DNA from: a virus | Taxonomy: Duplodnaviria > Caudoviricetes | Strand: one strand, 5' to 3' | Length of the DNA: 27,691 nucleotides | Virus record (IMG/VR): IMGVR_UViG_3300032216_000917 | Span: 1 to 27,691 of that record | Shown here: positions 17,037 through 23,217 of the stretch, piece by piece | Layout of the letters: the number at the start of each line of letters is the position of its first letter | How positions within the stretch are numbered: position 1 is the first letter of the stretch | Made by a program: the position numbers and the translations under genes | The notes under the pieces: model-generated | The model's input: the letters and a program-made list of their open reading frames with translations, nothing else | Database searches by the model: none | What the model was told of the DNA's origin: nothing

Positions 17037-17905
17037 AAATTCTTATCACTGGCGATGCTGGATTCGTAGGCAGAGCATTTCGCAGGAAGTTTGAGGCAGA
17101 AGGTCACGAGATAGTCGGCATCGATATTGCAAACAAATTGCCGATGGATGCTCGCGACTTCTTTCGCAAGGACAACACTTACTTTGACAAGGTGATTCAT
17201 CTTGCAGCAGTTGTCGGCGGTCGCAAGATGATTGAAGGTTCCCCACTGGCTTTGGCTGTGGACTTGTCGATCGATGCCGAGATGTTTGGTTGGGCGCTTC
17301 GAACAAAGCCAGGCTGCATCACTTACTTCTCATCCTCGGCTGCTTATCCAACAGCTCTGCAAACTGCCGATGTCAGTCAGATATTGAAAGAATCGGATAT
17401 TGATTTGAATGAGATCAAGACTCCAGACATGACTTATGGTTGGGCGAAGTTGACTGGCGAAATGCTTGCATCTCATGCCAGAGCGCAGGGATTGACTGTT
17501 CATGTCTATCGACCATTCTCAGGATACGGAACTGATCAGGCACTGGACTATCCATTTCCATCTTTCATCGCTCGTGGCTTGGCAAAGTCTGATCCATTTG
17601 AGATTTGGGGAACTGGCAATCAATGTCGAGACTTCATCCACATTGATGATGTTGTGGCAGCAGCCGAGGCTGGCTGTGAGGCTGGCATTGAAATTGCCAA
17701 TCTCAGCACAGGAATTGCCACCTCATTCAATGACTTGGCTCGCATGGTCGCAAAGGTCGCTGACTATGAGCCACGCTTCCAGAACCTACCTGCCGAGCCT
17801 TCAGGGGTCGATTACAGGGTAGGAGACCCCACCTTGATGAATTCCTTCTACACCCCACAGATAAGCCTTGAGGAAGGCATCCAACGCGCTTTTGCTGGCT
17901 TGTAG
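17033..17905 (+). CDS. NAD-dependent NDP-sugar epimerase/dehydratase (extended SDR)
   Basis: ITGDAGFVG (GxxGxxG), HLAA, SSSAAY, YGWAK (YxxxK), RPFSGYG and RDFIHIDD motifs. Confidence 0.93.
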   Translation: MKILITGDAGFVGRAFRRKFEAEGHEIVGIDIANKLPMDARDFFRKDNTYFDKVIHLAAVVGGRKMIEGSPLALAVDLSIDAEMFGWALRTKPGCITYFSSSAAYPTALQTADVSQILKESDIDLNEIKTPDMTYGWAKLTGEMLASHARAQGLTVHVYRPFSGYGTDQALDYPFPSFIARGLAKSDPFEIWGTGNQCRDFIHIDDVVAAAEAGCEAGIEIANLSTGIATSFNDLARMVAKVADYEPRFQNLPAEPSGVDYRVGDPTLMNSFYTPQISLEEGIQRAFAGL

Positions 17906-17936
17906 CTGACCCTCGCCCCAGTTCGCCAGCAAAATA

Positions 17937-17976
17937 GAAAAGACCCCCATCGGCTTCGGCTGGCGGGGGTCTTTTC
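17937..17976. terminator. Intrinsic terminator, possibly bidirectional, closing the late operon
   Basis: GAAAAGACCCCC/GGGGGTCTTTTC arms with a C(UUCG)G loop. A second inverted repeat precedes it (17890-17899 with 17925-17934). Confidence 0.88.
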
Positions 17977-17991
17977 GCTCTCTGTGAGGAA

Positions 17992-18060
17992 CGACACGCC
18001 GAAAAATACTTCTTGGCAATTGTTCCCAATTTGACTTGTCGGGTGTATTGTTTACCTCAA
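17992..18060 (+). promoter_or_regulatory. Candidate early promoter region
   Basis: Only gap between the terminator and the early genes. Contains CGACACGCC (17992), TTGACT (18031) and TATTGT (18046); spacing is non-canonical. Confidence 0.45.
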
Positions 18061-18101
18061 GAGAAGGAACAAGGATCCTTCACCAAACAGGGAGAACCAA
18101 A

Positions 18102-18338
18102 ATGGCAACAACAACAAAGACAGTTTCAACAGAACGCTTTTGGATTTCAGACGAAGGCGAAGTTACTTGCGAAAAGCATGGCGGAATGTATTTGATGTCA
18201 GCAATCAAAGCAAAACCAAAAGCAATCACACACAAAACTCCACTTGATACTTGGTCACTTTATTTCACACACCTTCTTGGTGGCGAAAATCTTCAATGCG
18301 AATCTTGCACATATTTTGCATCAAAGGCTTCTGTCTAA
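18102..18338 (+). CDS. Small early protein with CxxH..CxxC (start revised from 18036)
   Basis: AGGGAG RBS; CEKH and CESC motifs. Confidence 0.7.
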   Translation: MATTTKTVSTERFWISDEGEVTCEKHGGMYLMSAIKAKPKAITHKTPLDTWSLYFTHLLGGENLQCESCTYFASKASV

Positions 18339-18616
18339 TGGCAATTCAACTCGACATCACAGTTCAGGATTTATCTTTCCTCTACACAGCGAAGATGAAG
18401 TGGGATGCAGACTTTGCGACTCAACTTCCACGCTTTGAGCCAGTCAAAGGCGAGCCAATCTGGGACAGGTTCACCAACGCTTATTGGCTACCTGATTGGA
18501 CAACAGCGATGATATTTCGTTCTTTCCTCACATCAGTTCAAGCTGAATTTCAAATCCTTTTAGACAATGCAGACGGCATCGATCCTTATGTCGTTCTCTG
18601 CGGTTGGGAGTTCTAA
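18338..18616 (+). CDS. Hypothetical early protein, 92 aa (start revised)
   Basis: TAATG coupling at both ends. Confidence 0.7.
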   Translation: MAIQLDITVQDLSFLYTAKMKWDADFATQLPRFEPVKGEPIWDRFTNAYWLPDWTTAMIFRSFLTSVQAEFQILLDNADGIDPYVVLCGWEF

Positions 18617-18993
18617 TGACTCGCGCAACCAATGCAGAATTTGAAGCATGGAAAGCAGAGTGCATTGCTAATCCAGTAAAGTTGGATTCTTTGCCAAGAA
18701 GCGTTGCACAGATGTGGCGCAAGCAATGGGGCATCAATGGCACAACAGTTTCAAAGACTTCATCAACCCGAATCCTTGCCAAAGGCGTGGGATTCTCACT
18801 TGAACTCAACGAGCAATCCACCATCGAGCAGATCATTGACTTTGCCTTTCAGCTTCAAATGATGCGAAGTGCAGAAACCATCAATGACGAGATTTGGATG
18901 ATGGGGGCGCAATCCATCAAGGAGTGGCTCTTGGATCACGATATGACTTGGGAAGCATTTCTTGCAAATATGAAAGAGCAGGTTTCACAATGA
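18616..18993 (+). CDS. Hypothetical early protein, 125 aa (start revised)
   Basis: TAATG and ATGA coupling. Confidence 0.7.
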   Translation: MTRATNAEFEAWKAECIANPVKLDSLPRSVAQMWRKQWGINGTTVSKTSSTRILAKGVGFSLELNEQSTIEQIIDFAFQLQMMRSAETINDEIWMMGAQSIKEWLLDHDMTWEAFLANMKEQVSQ

Positions 18994-19130
18994 ATCTATT
19001 CATCATCATCATCGCAACACTCGCATTCTTGCCAATGGTTCTTTGGTTAGATGGCGAACTCAACAAGAATGACGATTTCCTCGAAGTCGAGGAATGGCAC
19101 AACTTCCAAACAAAGATGGGAAAGAAATAA
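18990..19130 (+). CDS. Small membrane protein, 46 aa
   Basis: ATGA overlap; TM segment LFIIIIATLAFLPMVLWL. Confidence 0.65.
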   Translation: MNLFIIIIATLAFLPMVLWLDGELNKNDDFLEVEEWHNFQTKMGKK

Positions 19131-19358
19131 ATGGGAATCGATGTCGCACCAGCAACAGTTGCTTGGATTCTGTTCACACTAGGAATCTCAGGCTTTGCAT
19201 ATCTCATTGGCGGGTTCGTGTATTGGAATCAGCGTGAAGAAGAAGTCAAAGAATTGAAATCAGATTTGAATTGGGCATATCGCGAAGCTGATGAAGTTCG
19301 CGAAGCACTTCACTCTTGCGCTTGCCGATCCAAGCGCAAACCTTCTGCGAAGGCATAA
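19131..19358 (+). CDS. Membrane protein with short coiled coil
   Basis: N-terminal TM segment; abuts both neighbours exactly. Confidence 0.65.
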   Translation: MGIDVAPATVAWILFTLGISGFAYLIGGFVYWNQREEEVKELKSDLNWAYREADEVREALHSCACRSKRKPSAKA

Positions 19359-19712
19359 ATGAGCAGAGCCAAGCAGAAGGGGACAGCAGCCGAGTCAGCG
19401 CTCGTCAAATTCCTCGTGGGACAGGGTTTTCCTGGCGCGGAAAGACGAGCGTTGACTGGCTCTTTCGACCAAGGTGACATCACAGGTACACCTTGTCTTG
19501 CGTGGGAAGTAAAGAATCACACAACCTACAAAATTCCTGCTTGGATCAAAGAGACTGAATTTGAGCGAGTCAATGCCAAGGCAGACTTCGGCATTCTCGC
19601 AATCAAACCAAATGGCGTTGGCTTGTCCAACGCTGGTCAATGGTGGGCTGTTCTGCCGATGGAGGCGATGGTTCGCCTTCTTCGTGAGGCAGGATACGGA
19701 GACCCGCTATGA
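19359..19712 (+). CDS. Holliday junction resolvase-like PD-(D/E)XK nuclease
   Basis: KQKGTAAE..AERRAL.G..D.GDI..WEVKN pattern. Confidence 0.8.
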   Translation: MSRAKQKGTAAESALVKFLVGQGFPGAERRALTGSFDQGDITGTPCLAWEVKNHTTYKIPAWIKETEFERVNAKADFGILAIKPNGVGLSNAGQWWAVLPMEAMVRLLREAGYGDPL

Positions 19713-20101
19713 CATTGCTGGCACTTCTCAACGCTCCATCATTTCCAGAAGCCAAGTGCATGGAAGAAGACCCAGATTTCTTCTTTCCTGACTCCAAGGT
19801 AGAATGGGAGGAGCGCCATGAGCGCCTTCAAGAGTTGTGCAACAGCTGCATTCACAAAGCCAGTTGCCTTTCATTCGCAATCGACAATCAAGAGACAGAT
19901 GGATTCTGGGGAGGAATGACCCCACAGGAAAGAGAACATCTGATGACAAAGAAGGAGGATGGAACCAGAAGGTTCAGGGAAATTCAGGAATACCTATCAA
20001 GAGGCTTGACCAAAGAGGAAATCGCTCGCAAGTTGAAAATTCAACTCGCATCTCTTGAGCGAACTTTGGAGAGAGCCAAGAGGAAAGGACTTGATCAATG
20101 A
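19709..20101 (+). CDS. whiB: WhiB-family Fe-S transcription factor with C-terminal HTH
   Basis: C..DPDFFFP..CNSC..SC..GFWGGMT..ER, followed by GLTKEEIARKLKIQLASLER. Confidence 0.9.
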   Translation: MTLLALLNAPSFPEAKCMEEDPDFFFPDSKVEWEERHERLQELCNSCIHKASCLSFAIDNQETDGFWGGMTPQEREHLMTKKEDGTRRFREIQEYLSRGLTKEEIARKLKIQLASLERTLERAKRKGLDQ

Positions 20102-20535
20102 GTCGTTCAGTTTCATTGACCATCATCAGCATTTCAACAATCTGTCTGATGGTTGCAGTTAGCATCACCAGTGGGCTTGCATTTTCCAGTGCAACCCACA
20201 AAGTCAAAGTTGTCATTGTCCAGGCACAGCCTGTTCTCAATGACCAGCAGAAGGTTCAAGAGTTCGTTCACGAGCTGATGGTCAAGCGCCAAGCCAACTG
20301 CTTATTGTGGATTTTCACCAAGGAAAGCCACATCAATCCAAAAGCAAAGAATCACTCTTCAACAGCTAAGGGCGTAGGTCAGTTGTTGGAGTCAACATAT
20401 AGGAACATCGGCTTGAAGCATTCTGCCGATCCACTTGCACAGGTAGTCGCATCGATTGCCTACATATCTCGCCACTATGGAGCTGACGGCGCTTGCGCTG
20501 CCAAATCCTTCTGGCAAAAGCACAGTTACTACTAG
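20098..20535 (+). CDS. Membrane-anchored or secreted lytic transglycosylase-like protein
   Basis: N-terminal hydrophobic helix, then KES..NPKAKN.SSTA.G.GQ..YI..HYG..C.A..FW....YY. Confidence 0.75.
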   Translation: MSRSVSLTIISISTICLMVAVSITSGLAFSSATHKVKVVIVQAQPVLNDQQKVQEFVHELMVKRQANCLLWIFTKESHINPKAKNHSSTAKGVGQLLESTYRNIGLKHSADPLAQVVASIAYISRHYGADGACAAKSFWQKHSYY

Positions 20536-20552
20536 AAGGGAAACCAGGGGAA

Positions 20553-20867
20553 ATGTCAACACAAATCAACTTGCAAATGGTTGATCTCGATTCAACAGCA
20601 TCAGCATTCCTTTCCGCTTACATCGAGGCGAAAGCCAAGGTCAAGGAATGGGAAGAAAAGGCTGACATCGCTCGCGCTCAAGTTGAGGCAGCGATGGGTG
20701 ATTGCGAGGTCGGCTTGGTCAATGGTCGCGAGGCTGTTCGCTGGACAACAGTGGAAAGCAATCGCATCGATACCAAGAAGATTCGCGAACTTCTGCCACC
20801 AGAGATGGTCGCAGCAATCGAAGTCACATCAGTTTCACGCCGATTCTCCATTGTCAGTGAGGACTAA
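20553..20867 (+). CDS. Hypothetical protein resembling the C-terminal part of YqaJ-type exonucleases (start revised)
   Basis: AGGGG RBS. Coiled coil followed by W..VESNRIDTKKIRE..P..SRRF. Confidence 0.55.
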   Translation: MSTQINLQMVDLDSTASAFLSAYIEAKAKVKEWEEKADIARAQVEAAMGDCEVGLVNGREAVRWTTVESNRIDTKKIRELLPPEMVAAIEVTSVSRRFSIVSED

Positions 20868-21604
20868 TGTTCACACCTCTTGGAGATGATGCTTCGAATC
20901 TGGCTGACAGAATCAAAGCAGTTGTCAACAATCGCTCAGTCAATGCGCCTCGCTCACAACAGAAGCGCATTGGCTTGAGTGAAGTTGGCGAAATATGTGT
21001 GAGGAAGACTTCATACAAGCTGCTCGATTGGGAGAAGACCAATCCCGCCACTGATCCTTGGGCGAGTATTTCAGGGACTGCAATCCATGCGTGGCTTGCC
21101 GATGCCTTTGAGGAATTTCCTGACCAGTATCTTGTGGAGCATCCAGTCAAGGTCACAGATGAACTTGCTGGAACAGCTGATCTCTTTGACATCGAGCAGA
21201 AGATGGTCATCGATCATAAATGTGTCGGAGCAACTTCTATGCGCTCACGCAAGAAAGATGGGATGACCCATCAGCAGAGAATTCAAATCAACCTCTACGC
21301 ACTCGGCTTGGAGAATGAAGGTCACGCAGTTGAGAAGGTGGCGCTCGCTTTCTATCCACTTGGCGGCAGACTCGATGGACTTCACACGATTGTTGAGCCT
21401 TACAATCGCCAGTTGGCACTTGATGCCATTACTAGACTTCAGGACACACAGGTTCTGCTCTGGCAGTTAGATCCTGAAGGCACACCAAAGAATTGGGATT
21501 TGATTCCTATGACACCAAGCAAGTCTTGCAGTTATTGTCCTTGGTTCTTGCCATTCTCACAGGATGGCTCCAAGGGTTGTCCAGGGGAGGTCAACGCAGC
21601 ATGA
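20867..21604 (+). CDS. Cas4/RecB-like PD-(D/E)XK exonuclease with probable Fe-S cluster
   Basis: One N-terminal Cys, GTAIH, GTAD..DHK, QINLYA and C-terminal CSYCPW..GCPG. Confidence 0.85.
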   Translation: MFTPLGDDASNLADRIKAVVNNRSVNAPRSQQKRIGLSEVGEICVRKTSYKLLDWEKTNPATDPWASISGTAIHAWLADAFEEFPDQYLVEHPVKVTDELAGTADLFDIEQKMVIDHKCVGATSMRSRKKDGMTHQQRIQINLYALGLENEGHAVEKVALAFYPLGGRLDGLHTIVEPYNRQLALDAITRLQDTQVLLWQLDPEGTPKNWDLIPMTPSKSCSYCPWFLPFSQDGSKGCPGEVNAA

Positions 21605-21786
21605 GTCCAGTTTATGAATATCGTTGCACAAGTTGTTCAACCAAGATTGAACAAAAGCGAGCAATTGATGACACGACACCCGCGCCAATCTGCGGAGATT
21701 GCCTTATCTCTATGGAGCGAGTATTTTCAGCGATCCCAGTTCACTTCAGAGGCTTTGGGTTCTACAAGACAGATTCGAGGCGATGA
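21601..21786 (+). CDS. FmdB-family zinc-ribbon protein (start revised)
   Basis: PVYEYRCTSC..PICGDC..MERVFS..FRGFGFYKTD; ATGA overlaps. Confidence 0.85.
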   Translation: MSPVYEYRCTSCSTKIEQKRAIDDTTPAPICGDCLISMERVFSAIPVHFRGFGFYKTDSRR

Positions 21787-21905
21787 TGGCTTTCAAATGG
21801 GAAACAGAATGCTTCTTGTGCAAAGCCAACAAGCCGATTCAGCACATCATCGGGAAGGAACCTTACTGCGATGAATGCTACGAAAAGGTTGTCAAGCGCA
21901 AATGA
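21783..21905 (+). CDS. 40-aa zinc-finger mini-protein (start revised)
   Basis: CFLC..CDEC; ATGA overlaps at both ends. Confidence 0.65.
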   Translation: MMAFKWETECFLCKANKPIQHIIGKEPYCDECYEKVVKRK

Positions 21906-22027
21906 ATCAACAATATATTTCCGAACTTCTAACAAAGGCAGAATCTCTTTTGGGATTCATCACATCAGAATTGGCTTCATCCGAAGTCAGTGCAACACCC
22001 CTACCAAAGAAGGAGGACTGTCAATGA
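21902..22027 (+). CDS. 41-aa hypothetical protein (not in ORF track)
   Basis: MNQQYISELLTKAESLLGFITSELASSEVSATPLPKKEDCQ*; ATGA overlaps at both ends. Confidence 0.55.
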   Translation: MNQQYISELLTKAESLLGFITSELASSEVSATPLPKKEDCQ

Positions 22028-22500
22028 CAAGTCCATTCACATCACCATCATCATCAAGTGGTGAATCAGTAAAGCCAGCAGACCTTCAGGGTCATCTGCT
22101 GATCATCAAACCTGTCGAATATAAGACAGGAATTCAAACCTCATTAGGCGAGGCTGAAGCAATCGAGGTTGACATCGTTGATCTTGATACACAAACCGAA
22201 CACACATCAGTGTTGTTCTTCAATGTCGCACTCCGCGCAGCTCTCAAGTCCAATATCGGCAAGTCAGTTCTTGCCAAGATTGGTCAAGGAGTTGCCAAGC
22301 CAGGCAAATCAGCACCTTGGATTCTCATCGATGAAACAGGCAACGCTGACTCAGTAGCCAAGGCAACCGCCTATCTTGCTGGAGGCATTTCTGCTCCAGC
22401 ACAGGCTGCGCCAGTGGCTGCAAACACTGTAGTCAATGGAGTCGAATTGACTCCAGAGATTCAAATGTTGATGGCTAAGTTGGGCGCAAAGCCTTTCTAA
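22024..22500 (+). CDS. Putative single-stranded DNA-binding protein (start revised from 21871)
   Basis: AGGAGG RBS. DLQGHLLIIKP..DIVDLD..VLAKIGQG.AKPGKSAPW resembles actinophage SSB-like proteins; PAQAAP linker and terminal PF. Confidence 0.55.
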   Translation: MTSPFTSPSSSSGESVKPADLQGHLLIIKPVEYKTGIQTSLGEAEAIEVDIVDLDTQTEHTSVLFFNVALRAALKSNIGKSVLAKIGQGVAKPGKSAPWILIDETGNADSVAKATAYLAGGISAPAQAAPVAANTVVNGVELTPEIQMLMAKLGAKPF

Positions 22501-22501
22501 C

Positions 22502-22633
22502 CACACAATACATTTGCGATTGATTGTGTGAAAGTTAGCCTTTCGAGTTCACACATTCGGGGCAATCGCAAATCCATTGGCAGGTGCATCGCAGGAGAAG
22601 GCGATTCGGGTTCGATTCCCGACAATGGGCGCA
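22502..22633 (+). ncRNA. Structured RNA: long hairpin followed by a D-armless tRNA-like element
   Basis: Stem 22512-22522 with 22563-22573. Acceptor-like stem TCCATTG/CAATGGG, central ATCGC/GCGAT stem and T-arm TCGGG-TTCGATT-CCCGA. Confidence 0.65.
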
Positions 22634-22659
22634 AGACTTACAAGAGAAAAGGGGCGGGG

Positions 22660-22764
22660 ATGAACTTTCCAGAAATAGTCATTGGTTATCTCATCAGCAT
22701 CAATCTGATTGGATTGGTTCTCGGTATTTACGGACTCGGCATGGCAAAGGGATGGTGGAAATGA
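22660..22764 (+). CDS. 34-aa membrane peptide (start revised)
   Basis: MNFPEIVIGYLISINLIGLVLGIYGLGMAKGWWK*; G-rich RBS and ATGA overlap. Confidence 0.6.
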   Translation: MNFPEIVIGYLISINLIGLVLGIYGLGMAKGWWK

Positions 22765-23009
22765 GCATCGCAATGGATGGATCTGATGAGAGCGCAGGTT
22801 GCACTTGCGATGTCGGACTCACACAATCACAACTGAACTTCCTCCGCGAAGAGCTGACGAAATGGCTCAATGAACAGCATCTGACATTTCAACCTGAACA
22901 ATGGCGCAAGGGATTTCATGAGGCGATGAGAATCGCGTTGGCGAACATCATGCTTTTGACAGAGCCGAAGATGCCAGTTGTTGAAGAAATCGAAGAAGAG
23001 GATGAGTAG
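22761..23009 (+). CDS. Hypothetical protein with acidic tail, 82 aa (start revised)
   Basis: ATGA overlap; ends EEIEEEDE. Confidence 0.6.
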   Translation: MSIAMDGSDESAGCTCDVGLTQSQLNFLREELTKWLNEQHLTFQPEQWRKGFHEAMRIALANIMLLTEPKMPVVEEIEEEDE

Positions 23010-23217
23010 GCTCAACCCTCCGCGATGGAAACGGACAACGCCTTTCGTCAAGGAGTGCCAGTTCTATCTTGACAATGGCTTTGGCGAATTTGAGCAATGC
23101 GATGCGAAGTCTGAACATGGAATTTATTTTGGAGATTATCAGATAGTCAAGATGGTCAGTCTTTGCAAGTTTCATACGATATATCAGGAAAGTTTATGGG
23201 TCGGGGGAATGGAATGA
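23002..23217 (+). CDS. Small Cys/His protein, 71 aa (start revised)
   Basis: C..C..CKFH; ATGA-coupled to the primase gene. Confidence 0.6.
   Translation: MSRLNPPRWKRTTPFVKECQFYLDNGFGEFEQCDAKSEHGIYFGDYQIVKMVSLCKFHTIYQESLWVGGME

Noticed and set aside
20867-21604. CRISPR-Cas locus
   Set aside because: A solo Cas4-like exonuclease is common in phages; no array or other cas genes are present.
22573-22633. Canonical tRNA gene
   Set aside because: No D stem, an 8-nt all-purine loop without U33, and only 58 nt; reported as tRNA-like instead.
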